Program-made: the position numbers and the translations under genes
Part shown: positions 1 to 12,670 of the stretch, in pieces
How positions within the stretch are numbered: position 1 is the stretch's first letter
Layout of the letters: the number at the start of each line of letters is the position of its first letter
The notes under the pieces: model-generated
Database searches by the model: none
Told to the model about the DNA's origin: nothing
Seen by the model: the letters and a program-made list of their open reading frames with translations, nothing else
Origin: Octopus bimaculoides
Lineage: Eukaryota
Direction: 5' to 3'
NCBI RefSeq assembly: GCF_001194135.2
Contig: NC_068987.1
Coordinates: 45,943,378 to 46,007,377, forward strand
DNA length: 64,000 nucleotides

Positions 1-1051
1 AAAATTTCATTAAAAAAATGAACTCTGTAATTTTCTGAAAGTTATCATTGCCTGCCATCAAACCTTGTATGTGCACTCATCCACCACCTCTTATGTTAAC
101 TTTCACAGTGTCTCTGTTTTACTCTCTCTGTCTCCCCCTCTGTCTATAGGATATAAAATGTGACTGTAGAAATCAACCTACTGACCAACCAATCTGCCAG
201 CATTTATATTAGTTGTTGTTTTATCGAGTTGTTTGAAATATATATATGTATGAAGTATGTATGTAATGGAATATATGTTTGTACTAAATTTGTATGTGTA
301 TGATCATCAATAATCTAAAATGCTATTTCAATCACACATCTCTTTCAGTCTTGTGGAGTTAGCAGCTGTGAACTATCACCGATTCTGCCTTGCTCTCACT
401 TCTAACTCACTTTCATTGCAACCACCTGTAAAGGACTCATAGATTCCTCCTTGCAGCACACACACCTTTTACTAAAACCACCTGTTGATGTAATCTTCTG
501 TTTTGTTCACTGATATTCAGAGGGTGCGTGTGTATTTGTTCTAGTGATGGTTAATATGTGTGCATTCATATGTGTGTGTAAAAGACAGAAAAAGTGAGGA
601 AGAAGAGAAGAGAGAGAGAGAGAGAGAGAGATAGAGAAAGTGTGTGTGTATGTGTGGGAAGGTGTGCATGCAGGCGTATATGTGAACTAGTGGAAAGCTA
701 TATGGTGTAATATAAATGACCTGTGCACAATAGTTTTATTCATGTATGACCAATTTGTTTGTAGTTACTCGGGGCTTCATAGAGGTTAAGACCATTGATA
801 AAACAGTTTTTACTTGTAAATTTTTCGTGATATTGATATGAAAAAGAATTAAAGAGAAAATCTATTTTCTCTGAGTTCAACAGTAAAACAGGGAGGGAGT
901 ATATGTAAAGAATTACATTGAATTTTCAATACTAACAGTAAGAAATAGAGTTTAGTACAAAGGAGATTTATTTGTGCATGTATCTGTGTACATATATACA
1001 CTCTCTCTCTCACTCTCTCTCACACACACACGCGCACACACACACACATTT

Positions 1052-1151
1052 ATCCCTGGGCTGACCAAAGTGTTGTGTGTGGATTTAATAAACAAAGCTT
1101 ATATAGACAGAAGCTCAAAGAACTAAGTCATATATATGTGTGTGTGTGTAT

Positions 1152-1229
<78 letters not shown>

Positions 1230-1471
1230 GTACCTGTGTCTTGACACCACATGATGGTTGTAAAATGAATGTCACCCTCCTCATACAAGCAATGCAGTTG
1301 TTTCCAGTTTTCCATGGAAACCATGTCTGACCATGGAGGTATATTACCTGGTTTGAAAATAGGTGAGTGTTGGTGACAGGAAGAGCTTCCAGCCATAAAA
1401 AATCTATTTTGGGAAATTCTATCTGACTCACGAGAGCATGGAAAACAGGGTATTAAAATGGTGATAATGAT
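1052..1471 (+). mobile_element. SINE-B copy lacking its head: core, internal (TG)n(TA)n, RTE-like tail ending in GAT repeats
   Basis: Core gggctgaccaaag..gtggattt, then microsatellite, then tail acatgtctgaccatgg..ggtgagtgttggtgacaggaag..catggaaaac..gatgat shared with copies at 6901, 9648, 16083(-), 38563(-). Confidence 0.75.
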
Positions 1472-1639
1472 TCAAATAAGCTATATGTGATGTGTGTTGG
1501 GTAATAATTGCGATGGCTGTAGGGGCATGTAGTTCATACTTGTCTTGGTAGTCAATATAGTAAACAATTTAGTTATTTAATTACTTTTGTTACCTTATTT
1601 CATTTGAAATACACTGCCATTTGTGTTTGTTTCAATTAA

Positions 1640-1795
1640 AGTTGAAACTACCAAAACATACAAAAAAATTATGAAAACTGTTATTATCAGATTGGTGTTT
1701 GGAAATTTTGATAGAAATTTTTAATCACATCTTAATCACAGAGTGTGTACCATTGCAGGGTATGGTCTCAGGCAGGTTGGTGTCAAAAGGGTTAA
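1640..1795 (-). mobile_element. End of a TTAA-target (piggyBac-like) MITE family
   Basis: Reverse complement begins TTAACCCTTTTGACACCAACCTGCCTGAG; same family at ~37665-37900 and 51178-51640. Confidence 0.55.
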
Positions 1796-2617
1796 AAGTA
1801 TGTTCTCAGTTGTTTCCAATGGTTTGAATGTTGTTTATATGCTTTATTTAGGTGTGATGAAGCATAGTGGTTTATCTAACAATTGTATTAATAGGCATGT
1901 CAACTGATGTAATAGATATGATGTTTTGTATTGTGTTTGTATCAGTTTAAAACTAAGTTTGTGTTCAGGGTACTAGTATGTTTATTAGGGTTGCAATCAT
2001 TTGTAATTTTTACCTCTCTTAGTCAAGTGAGAAGGCCAGTGCCTATGATCTGTGATAAAACAAAAAACTCTACCCACTAAGCCACATGCCTCTACTATGA
2101 CTCATGATAGGGCCTCTAAGACTGATGGAAAGGAGAGAGAAAGTTATTCTTAAACCAGAAGCCTTACCCAAATATTTACAATAGAGTAGACTTCATTAAA
2201 AGTACTTACAGGGTGAGGTAGTGTTATCAAACTGGGTGTCGGTTTAAGTCTATCACCCATTTAAGCCATCGTAGGATTTGAACTGAACTCTGAATGCAAA
2301 CACCTGAAATGAACACCGTAAGGCATCTGGTTCAATGTTCTTACAGTTCTGCCAATCCCCCATCCTGGCTTTGTACCATTTTTGTTTTCTCCAAAAAATA
2401 GTAGAAATCAAAGTTGACCTCAGCAGGACTTGAACCCAGCATGCAGAGAGTTAGAATAAATAATGTGATGCATTGTATCAAATGTTTTAATGAACCTGAC
2501 TATTTTCTATCTTACATGTTACATGCTTAATGTTGAGTGTGCTACATATTTTATAAAAACTATACATGTTACTATGTGTTTAGCAGTGATTGTGTTACAT
2601 CTTTTATATTAACTATG

Positions 2618-2651
<34 letters not shown>

Positions 2652-2653
<2 letters not shown>

Positions 2654-3018
2654 CCTTCTAATTGATGTTTCAATACCAGCAGATGACGACGTTTCTCTAA
2701 AAGAAATGAAAAAACTTTCAAAATACAAAGACCTGGAAATAGAGATAACTCGAATGTGGAATCTAAAAACAGAAACAATTCCTATCATAGTAGGTGCCTT
2801 AGGTATAATAAAAAAATATTCAGACAAATACATAACAAAAACACCAGGACTTACAAATATATATAACATACAGAAAATTGCACTACTGGGTACTGCACAC
2901 ATTCTACGCAAAACACTTTCAATACAGTAAACATAAGAGCACCACAGCAAACCACAGCACATACCCAAGGCGCACAGAGCTGCGCTCGGTAGTGAAGTGA
3001 AAGCACATTATAAAAATA

Positions 3019-3020
<2 letters not shown>
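2652..3020 (+). mobile_element. R4/Dong-type non-LTR retrotransposon 3' fragment, family 1 (RLE endonuclease C-terminus + 3'UTR)
   Basis: Frame CLLIDVSIP..KLSKYKDLEIEITRMW..PIIVGALG..QKIALLGTAHILRKTL* (stop at 2930) is the PD-(D/E)xK RLE tail; (TAA)n on both sides. Confidence 0.85.
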
Positions 3021-3409
<389 letters not shown>

Positions 3410-3410
<1 letters not shown>

Positions 3411-3551
3411 GGGTACTGCACACATTCTACGCAAAACACTTTCAATACAGTAAACATAAGAGCACCACAGCAAACCACAGCACATACCCAAGGCGCACAG
3501 AGCTGAGCTCGGTAGTGAAGTGAAAGCACGTTATAAAAATAAAACTACTGA
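3410..3551 (+). mobile_element. Second, shorter R4/Dong family 1 3' end
   Basis: Near-identical to 2888-3020 (2 substitutions seen over ~130 nt), ends in taataat. Confidence 0.85.
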
Positions 3552-3574
3552 ATAATAATGATAATAATAATAAT

Positions 3575-4490
3575 GGGTGTAAATGCAGATGAAATGATGG
3601 GCAAGACAAAGTTTAACCAAAGAGCTGAGGAGAAGATAAAAGAAGACCTTGAAATGAGAATGCATGGACAGTTTGAAAGGAACACACAGGACGTTAAGGA
3701 TGATACAGCATTATGGGCATGGCTTGAGCAAGGTGATTTAAAACATACCACCGAAAGCCTGATCATTGCTGTACAAGACCAGGTTCTCACTACTAATTCA
3801 GTGAAGAATATGATCTATAAAACTTCTGACACCTGGAAATGCAGACTCTGTGGAAAAAGTGTGGAAAATGTAACCCACTTGGTAAGTGGATGTGAGGGTC
3901 TTGCACAAAAAGAATACAAACGCCACCACGATAAAGTGTGTGTGTATATCTTCATTGGTTCTTATACCATAAATACCAATATGAAGTAACAGAGAACTGG
4001 TATGAGCATGTACCCAGTAAAGTTATGCAGGAAGATGGAAAAGTAACGATACTCTGGGACTATAATTTTTAGATGGATAGTATAATTGAACACTGTTGGC
4101 TGGATATTGTCATATTGAATAAAGAGAGACAAATCCTGTCAGATCATTGATCTAGCCATACCAAATGACATGAATGTTGTGAGTAAAGAGGTTGAAAAAT
4201 TCACCAAGTACTCCGAATTGAAAGTGGAAATGACAAGACTATATGGAATGCAAGAGGGTAATGTAAAAGTGATACCAGTGGTGATAAGAGCATTGGGCTC
4301 AATCCCATTGAAACTTCAAAACTTCTTAAGGCAACTGGAAATCCCGTGCAAGATTGATGTCTTGCAAAAAGCAGTCTTATTGGGCACAGTGCACATCTTA
4401 AGGAAAGTATTATCTGTCTGAGGTCCTTGATGTGACTTGACAGATGACTAAAGACTCCGGGTGCATCTTTACCTACACTATGTTATGAAG
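3575..4490 (+). mobile_element. R4/Dong-type LINE 3' fragment, family 2 (CCHC knuckle + RLE), frameshifted
   Basis: MHGQF..W.WL..GDLKHTTESLIIAVQDQ.L.T..CRLCGKSVENVTHLVSGC..AQKEYKRHHD; WDY..IIDLAIP; ALGSIP..LQKAVLLGTVHILRKVL*; (TAA)n on both sides. Confidence 0.85.
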
Positions 4491-4549
<59 letters not shown>

Positions 4550-4552
<3 letters not shown>

Positions 4553-5295
4553 TACAGAATCTGTGGACAAAACGGTGAAACTGTATGGCATATTATCAGC
4601 CAATGTATGCCACTAGCCCAGACGGAATATAAGAGATGCCATGACAATATAGCCAGGCTTGTCCATTGGACACTTTGCAACAAGTATGGACTTGCCAGAG
4701 TAAAATATTGGTATGACCACAAACCTGAAGGCATTGTTGAAAATAGAAATGCAAAAATCCTTTGGGATTTTATGATTCAGTGTGACCATGAGATTGAGAA
4801 TAGGAAGCCGGACATAGTCTTAATTGAGAAAGAAAACAAACTATGCTGGATCAAAGATATNNNNNNNNNNATAGTCTTAATTGAGAAAGAAAACAAACTA
4901 TGCTGGATCAAAGATATAGCATGCCCAGCTGACAACAAGGTATGCGATAAGGAAGAAAGAAAAGTTGAGAGATAAGACAGGTTAGCTTGGGAAGTTAACC
5001 AGTTGTGGTCGATGAAAAAGGTAGCAGTAGTACCAATAATTGTCAGAGCCCTGGAAACAGTGAGCAAAGATCTTGAGAAGTACATGGAACAAATAGGGGC
5101 TTCAATAAGGGTGGAGCACTTGCAGAAAACAGCACTGCTTGGAACCGCTCGAATACTCCGGAAGGTGCTTGAAAAATAAGAGGTGTTACCTTAGTTCACT
5201 GGTAGTGAACAGCTGACACTGTAGTACATCTCCAGCATTAGAAGCTGTGCAAAGGCAACAACGATTACGACAACAACAATAATAATAATAATAAT
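4550..5295 (+). mobile_element. R4/Dong-type LINE 3' fragment, family 3 (CCHC + RLE)
   Basis: CRICGQNGETVWHIISQC..RCHD..ILWDFMIQCDHEIENRKPDIVLI..DIACP..QKTALLGTARILRKVL; (TAA)n upstream, CAA/TAA tail. Confidence 0.85.
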
Positions 5296-6344
5296 ATGCT
5301 TTTTATATTCAGTTCTCAGGTGCACTATAATTCTATTTATTTATTCATTTCAAGCAATAGAAACATCACTTCATGCTTATATTTTTCCAGTATGACTTAT
5401 ACTATTGTTTTATAGATCATGATTTATAAAAATCTGTAAAACATGTCTAGCTTTTAAGTGTTGACCAGATATCATTACCTTCTCATGCTTCAGGACAGCA
5501 GCTCTTTTTGATGTACAAAGTAAATTTGATTTCATTCTAGCATGTTCACATCACTATTACCTCCATCAGCACCACCACCATGACCATGACCACCATCACT
5601 CCATCACATAATATTGTTGTTATTCCTGTTTATAACTGTTAAATTTGACAGCATGTAAACAATAATGTACTTAATTAAGTAAATAGTTGTTCTGTACCTA
5701 GATTTGAACCACCTCACTCAGATTCCTAATTTAGAACCACAGCTTAATTATATTTCCGTGAAAGGCATGGCCAGCACTGTGATCTCAATTATAGCATCAT
5801 AGAAGGCAGCGTAAATGATTTTTGATGAATTAGTATCACCCGGCATGTAAAGAGAGTTGAGTAAAATTTCCACAAAATTGTGCTTTAGAAGTTTTGCTCA
5901 AGATTATGAAAAGCTGGAGTATTGAACCCTTAAACAGGATCACCTCAAGCACTACACAGTTACATGAAAAGTATTCTCACTTTCTTCTACTTGTTTTCCA
6001 TAACATGCTTTATATATCATGAATATCATGATTGACAAGAATGCAATCAATCTTGGACTGTAATACTACCATATATAACTACATATATGCAAATATCTTT
6101 CCATGTAATTACTTTCCTTGCTCAGTTTACAATAACTTCATACAATTATTACATAACAGTATTAACTAAAACATTTCTATCTTATGCAGTATAGATTTTG
6201 AATGTCACATATATGATGACACATATATTTTTCAATATATGGAAATACATATCATGTGTTGCTGGGTCATTCATGGGCTAAGGACACAACCTCTTACCGT
6301 TACCTCACGCTTCTTACCTTCTACTCTAATTACCAAGACTAACC

Positions 6345-6535
6345 CAACTAGAGTAAATAGTTGCTGTTTAACTCCAAATTAATCTTAAACAAAAAGGTCT
6401 ATAATCAAAACCATTTCAGCCTTCACTATCCTCTCTTTTTGCATATCTGGCACTATGTTCATCAATGTGTCCTTCCTTTTTAGAATAACAGTGTATGGAT
6501 AATTCTAATAAGACTTGGTTGTTATATCAGGCAAA
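6345..6535 (-). mobile_element. Degenerate interspersed repeat (family G)
   Basis: Similar to ~21350-21570(-) and ~41030-41200(+), e.g. ctagaaatagcagc.aaatctccctcaaa. Confidence 0.5.
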
Positions 6536-6900
6536 GTGAGTGAGTGAGTGAGTGTACAAAGGTATCATGGTAGAGTGTAAGTAATAATTTAATAAGATAA
6601 ATAATCATTTCTAATCTAGCAATATCTAATCATAAAACTATCCCTGATTCCATTTTCTTTATTTTTCTGCTTTTGTCTGCCAGTTTGTTGGGTTTCAGCT
6701 AAAAAATATTGGCTAACTTTAACTTCAGATAGTGGAGAAGAGATAAATTTTTCCATGAATGGGTTGTTAGTCTGCTATAGATAACCTTCTCAATATATTT
6801 GAGAGTCCTGTTTTACAGATAAATAGGTGAAGTCATGTAGAAATAAAAATTATTTTTATAGATATGACACAAGGATTTCAATGAATATAAAACTTTACAG

Positions 6901-7250
6901 GAGTAGGCATGGCTGTATGGTTAAGAAGCTGGCTTCCAACCACATAGTTTTGGGTTCATTCCAACTGTGTGGCACCTTGGGTAGATGTCTTCTACTGCAG
7001 CTTGACCATTCAAAGCCTTATGAGTGGATTTAGTAGATGGAAACTGAAAAAAGCTTGTCTTATCTATGTACCTGTAATTCAAAAGGCCAACCTTGTCGCA
7101 TTTTGTGTCACACTGAATCTCTCTGAGAACTATGTTAAGTGTACTCATGTCTGCGGAGTGCTTGGCCACTTGTACATTAATTTCATGAGCAAACTGTTCT
7201 GTTGATCGAATCAACTGGATCCCTTGTCGTAACTGACACAGTGCCAGTCA

Positions 7251-7285
<35 letters not shown>

Positions 7286-7552
7286 TTAATGTGTACATGT
7301 GTATTTTGTATCTTTGTCTTCATTCTGCATGAAAGGTGTAGATGAGTGTCACTATACAAGCAATGTCATTCATTTCCAGTCTTCTGTGAAAACATGCTGT
7401 TCATAGGGAAATCTCACCTTACTTAGGAACAATTGAGTGTTGGTGACAAGAAGGGCATCTGGCCATAAAAAATCTGCCTTAAAATTCTACCTAATCCATG
7501 CAAGCAAAGAAAAGTGAATATTAAAATAATGGTGACTATGATGATAATGATG
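6901..7552 (+). mobile_element. SINE-B, full-length with GAT tail, carrying a nested insertion at 7067-7246
   Basis: Head ggcatggctgtatggttaagaag..gggttca, core, insertion, (TG)n, tail ..aagggcatctggcc..gatgataatgatg. Confidence 0.8.
7067..7246 (+). mobile_element. Probable 3' half of SINE-D inserted into the SINE-B microsatellite slot
   Basis: Starts with the motif where the copy at 46162-46375 stops (cctgtaattcaaa); contains hairpin GTTGAT-CGA-ATCAAC at 7201-7215. Confidence 0.55.
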
Positions 7553-7601
7553 AATCTCTAACCTGGTATTTTAATCCCATATATATATATATATATATAT
7601 A

Positions 7602-7848
7602 TCATCATCATCATCATCATTGTTGTTTAACATCTGCTTTCCAGACTGACATGGGTTGGATGGTTTGACTGAGGACTGGCAAGCCAGGAAGTTGCACCAG
7701 ACTCCAACCTGATTTGGCAAGGTTTCTACAGCTGGATGCCCTTCTTAACACCAACCACTCTGAGAGTGTAGTGGGTGCTTTTACAGGCCACCAGCACAGG
7801 AGCCATTCAGGCAGCACTGGCATCAACCATGCTTGAATGGTGCTTTTT
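7602..7848 (-). mobile_element. RTE-associated 3'UTR fragment with (GAT)n tail
   Basis: Reverse complement has gttaagaagggcatccagctgtagaaac and ends ..gttaaacaacaatgatgatgat; related pieces at ~41600-41800, 48500-49350, 57383-57720. Confidence 0.6.
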
Positions 7849-8140
7849 ACGATATATAGATATTCAAAATAGTTGATATGGAAGACAGAATATGCTGGAA
7901 ACTTTATCGATAAAGTTTCCAGCAAATTCTGTCTTCCGTATTAATTATTTTGAATATACTCAATGTGCACCGAGGAGTTCCTAATGTAGATTTAGCAATG
8001 AATGTGTACTTACTGTGGATGATGTCAGGTAGCCATAAGAGGTGAAGGTACTCTGTGAGCACACTATGAGGCTCATACGCAAAATACAGTTTGGATGATA
8101 AAATTTAAATTTTAAATTTCAAATCTAAACTTTAATTATA

Positions 8141-8181
<41 letters not shown>

Positions 8182-8630
8182 TTTATTGGCTAAACTGGCA
8201 ATATGACCATCCCCAAGTACAACAACATATATATATATAATATACCTATATATATATATATATGATGTAAACATTTGTATCTCTTTAAGGAGGAATAACC
8301 TCTCCTTGTTTGCTCTTTGGCTATATTTCCTTCATTTTCTGCAGTGTGATGAAGTTTCACAATTAGAAAATTTATTTAGCTCTCTCAGCTAGGTTCATAT
8401 CTCTTTAGGTATTCTTCTTGGGTGTTTGAAATAGAATTTAGATACTTGTCATGTTAAATTCCTGATGCCGGACTAAACATGAGCCAGATGCTATATATAC
8501 ACCTAAATTGATTGACAAATATTTTTCATAATAAATTTGTAAAGAAAATAACATCTTCTTTGGGAAATAATTCAGCTTTACCACCACCTGTCGTTCCATC
8601 ATGTATTTTACACATCTCTCTTCTTCATAG

Positions 8631-8731
8631 CCTACAAGATGACCAGTAATTCAACTGCTTATATACATATACAGCATGTGACTGAAAGATATCCCATATT
8701 TTATATAACCCCTATTAAGGTACTAGACAAG
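8631..8731 (+). CDS. Candidate internal exon of an unknown host gene, cadherin-repeat-like
   Basis: Pyrimidine-rich acceptor catctctcttcttcatAG, donor aag|GTAAAC (alternative aag|GTACTA at 8719); frame YKMTSNSTAYIHIQHVTERYPIFYITPIKVLDK fits the V-x-I-x-V-x-D-x-N-D-N-x-P-x-F spacing with degenerate residues. Confidence 0.35.
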
Positions 8732-9647
8732 GTAAACAGGTGGCAATGGTGTGTTTATGTAGCTAATATTTTTTCTTTTTCACAGTTACCATCAAAATTT
8801 GGAACACATTGTGAATTTGCAGTTAAAATGTTTAGCAAATTTGTGAATCTGAGTGGGTTTTTTTTTTCGTTGCACCCTTTTGTATAGTTACAGACACACA
8901 AATATAAAACCCAGGTGCTTACCAAGAAGTTAGTATTTGCTGGTGCTAGTACTGGGTGCAGCATCAAAACCTCCCCCTATTCTACAAGGTAGTAACAGTT
9001 TCTTGTAGCTAATACTTTGCCATTTATTTTAGTTACGTCTTGGTTTAGACTGGTACATGCTATGCATTTGCTGTTGAAATGTTTGTCAACAGTAAAATGT
9101 CTGAGATTTTTTGCAACACTCTGAATATATATGTATTATTTTCTAGACAGGTAAATTGAAAAATACAGAAACATTTTATGAATTAAACTACCCAAAATTT
9201 TGTTAGACAAAACTATGTTGTAATCATTCTCATTCATACAGTGGGATACTGTGTAGTCTTTATGCATAGATTTTAACTTGTGATCTTTCACTAAGCCATT
9301 TATAAATACTTTTATTTGCATATACCTGGTGGGTTGTATACATCTGCATAACAAAGCTACTTCCCCTGTTTCATACAGGTAAGGCTGTTATGTTTTAAAA
9401 ACATTTGAGTGACAAAGTGAAAGAATTATCGGTCATTTTCTAGAAAATCTGCCTCAAATAAACTTCATTTAAAAATCCTGTCTTGATTTTGCTAATGTTG
9501 GGAATGTTAAGCACTTACTTTCATCCACCTGAATTCCAAATAATTTTGTAGTCCTACAAAATTTGAAATGGTTATCCTCTATAATTTGCCATATTTCAAG
9601 ATTCACTATGTTGCCCCTCTGCTTGAGTTTTTAATTTACAATATATA

Positions 9648-10076
9648 AGGCACAAGCATGACTGTGTGGTGAAGAAATTTGCTTTCCAACCACATGGTTT
9701 TGGGTTCAGTCCCATTGTGTGACATCTTGGGCAAGTGTCTTCTGCTAAAGCACCAGGTTACTGACAGCCTTGTGAGAGGATTTGGTAACTGGAAATTGAA
9801 AGAATCCCAATATAAATATATGTATGTGTTTATATTATGTGTGTCTGTTTGTGTTAGTGTGTCCTTGTTTTTGTATAGTATGGTAGTCATAAACAAGTAT
9901 TACTGTAATATATACAGTGTCCTTCATATGTCAGGTTGTGGTAAATTATTACCTTGGAAACAGGTGAGGGTTGGCAACATGAAGGGCATCCAGCTGTAGA
10001 AAATCTGCCTCAAATAAACTTCATCCAACCTATGCGAGCTTAGAAAGTGGACTTCAAAACATTGATGATAATGATG
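9648..10076 (+). mobile_element. SINE-B, full-length with GAT tail
   Basis: Head, core ggcaagtgtcttct..ggatttggta..gaaagaa, internal TA/TG tract, tail gaagggcatccagctgtagaaaatctgcc..gatgataatgatg. Confidence 0.85.
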
Positions 10077-10431
10077 TTTTATTCAAAATTTTTAAAAATT
10101 ATAACTACTACCCACTTATATTGCTAGTTATTTAAAATGAGTAACCATTTTTGCTTCTTTACAAGAAGCAGAAATGGTTACACTGAGAATTGATAGTTCT
10201 TTTTATTTCAGCTGAATTGGAAGAAGAAACTAATGTCTACTTCTGGAAATCTATTGCCCATTAAACAGTGTACATATTTACACCTTTGTAAATCATTACA
10301 CACCTGAATTCAGATAATTCAGCGCATGTGATGCTGCTAACTTAATTTTCTCTTTTTTTTTTTCTTTCAAATGGTTTTTAATAATTATTAGTTTGTTCTT
10401 ATTTCCTGACAAAATACATCACCGTTTCATT

Positions 10432-10683
10432 CTAATATCCACTGTTTTATGCTTGCAGGGTTCAGATGTAGTTTATTGTAGTAGATTTTTTTCTGGCTGG
10501 ATGCCCTTTCTGTCACCAACCCTCACCTATTTCCAAACAGTAATATTTCCTGTGGTCAGTCATATTTTTGCAGAATATTGGAATTGAATAACACTGCTTG
10601 TATGACAGTGACACTCATGCAATGTCACGACAAAGAAACACAAACATATACAAGCACACAAACACACACACACACACACGCAC

Positions 10684-10726
<43 letters not shown>

Positions 10727-10974
10727 TACATTTATATATGGATCAAAACTGTTTGATTCAAATTCTTTGGTACTCTTGAGTTTCAAGCATGATGCTAGTC
10801 CACTCACTTATATATATATATATATATATTGAACTTTTTTCAATTTCTGTCTACCAAATTTGCTCATAAGCCTTTGTGTCATTGCTGGGATATAGTAGAA
10901 GAGGCTTGCCCTAGGACTGAATCCAAAACCATGTGGTTGGGAAGTAAACTCGTTAACCATACAATCCTGCTTGC
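10432..10974 (-). mobile_element. SINE-B, inverted relative to the copy at 9648
   Basis: Same head/core/tail on - strand with internal (CA)n and (TA)n. Confidence 0.8.
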
Positions 10975-11012
10975 AACATCAAAAATAATAAAAAAAGAAA
11001 TAAAAAGGATAA

Positions 11013-11048
<36 letters not shown>

Positions 11049-12117
11049 AAGAAAACGAAAAGAAAATTAAATCTAGAACGGATGTAGAAGAACCAGTTCT
11101 TTGCTGGTGAGAATTCTTTTACTATCGAAATAGTCACAGGACTAAAATCAATAGAAAGCATTCTGGAGGACAATATAAGAAGGATTGGTGGGAAAGAAGT
11201 CATCTATTTATGCAAAAAGCTTGGAATATTTTCAGGAAGTTTAACACTTTCTCATTTTGAAAGATTCTCACATTTTCTCTGCTTTGTCATCTCCACTCCT
11301 ACCCCAATGGCAATGTTAATAACAATGACAACTACAGCTACACTGTTGACAATGTTAAAGGCAATAAATTTATTTCTTTTTATTCAAAGTAAGTATATGA
11401 ACAGGTTTAAGTTATTACCCTGTTTTATTTGTGTTGTTGTTGTTACTAATATTTGTTTGTTTCATATTTTGTTGTTGTTGTTTTATGACACTTGTTGCTG
11501 TTTTTCATTTTACAGTTTGGTTGTTGTTATTGTTTTTTGTTCATATTTGCAATGAGAAAGGAATTTAAAACAGAATAATGAATAAATATATTAATACTGT
11601 TAACTTACAGTTTCATGTTTTCTCCTTTATCAAAATTATTTACAAAAAATATTTCATGTTTTTTTCTTTCAAAGATACTAAAAAATATTTTCTGTTTATA
11701 AAAATGGCTTTTCAAAGTATTTTTGTTACATTTCTATGATAAAAGATGAATTTTATTTTTGATGTGAGTGAATAGATGTTAGGATGACAGTTGGAAAATA
11801 TTAGTAATTCAGGCGTATACAAGGGCTATATGAAAGTGAATAGGCCTCAAAGAAAGCAAGACTGGAGAAAAGAGAAGATAAAAGAAAAAATACAATGTAA
11901 ATGAGAAAATGAAATCATATTTAAGACATGAACCCCATAGGATAGCGGGACATCATAGAATATATCAGGGTGAATACAATTTGAGGGAGGATGAGAATGA
12001 GCAAAGAGAATAAGAGAATGAAGTGGGGGAGAATGAACAAATAAGTCATATTAAATGGGAATGAACTAAGAGATTTGAGCCATGAAGAGAGAACACAAGT
12101 GTATAAGAATTGATTAT

Positions 12118-12400
12118 GTACAGGCTTGGCTGTGTAGTTAAAAGGTTTGCTTCCCAACCCCAAGGTTTGGGTTCAGTTTTACTGTATGACACCTTGAGCA
12201 AGTGTCTTTTATTATAATTCAAGCCAAAGTGGATTTGGTAGATAGAAACTGAAAGTAAGACGCTTGTTGTGTGTACATATAATATATGTGTGTTTGTGTC
12301 TCTTTGTCTTGATATCTTGTGGTACTTATACTGAGTATAATTTGTCTCCAGTTTCCTGTGAAAACATGTTTGACCATGGGGAAATATCATTTTGCAGAGA
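12118..12400 (+). mobile_element. SINE-B, 3'-truncated
   Basis: Head, core, TA/TG tract, partial tail. Confidence 0.7.
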
Positions 12401-12485
12401 TATAGTAAAAGTAGATTTTGTATGTAGTAGACATAAAGGAGTAAGTAACAGGAAGAGTGCATGAGAAATATATGCTCTCAATTAC

Positions 12486-12670
12486 TCAGGAGGATCCCTG
12501 GAAGTAGTAAGTAATGCCTGTTGTCTTGGTGATATAATTAATAGTGGATGATGATGTTCTGAAAGTATAGTTGCTCAAACAGGCTAGAAAAATTTTAGAG
12601 AGATATTTTTTCTGTTGGCAACAAAAAGTTTCTTGCTCTGAGTGAAAAACAGACAATGTGATGCTTATGT
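12486..12670 (+). pseudogene. RTE-clade LINE ORF remnant (RT C-terminal region)
   Basis: SLEVVSNACCLGDIINSG**CSESIVAQTG*KNFREIFFLLATK aligns by eye with 55274-55588 (LELVDSFCYLGDQISNGRGCSESTVARIRTSWAKFRELLHLLVTK); several stops. Confidence 0.75.

Noticed and set aside
4815-4917. 46-bp duplication in the Dong ORF around a 10-N gap
   Set aside because: Identical sequence on both sides of a nominal gap indicates an unmerged contig overlap
5770-5860. Cadherin-like peptide DLNYSIIEGSVNDF
   Set aside because: Two in-frame stops follow immediately and there is no pyrimidine-rich acceptor; probably chance
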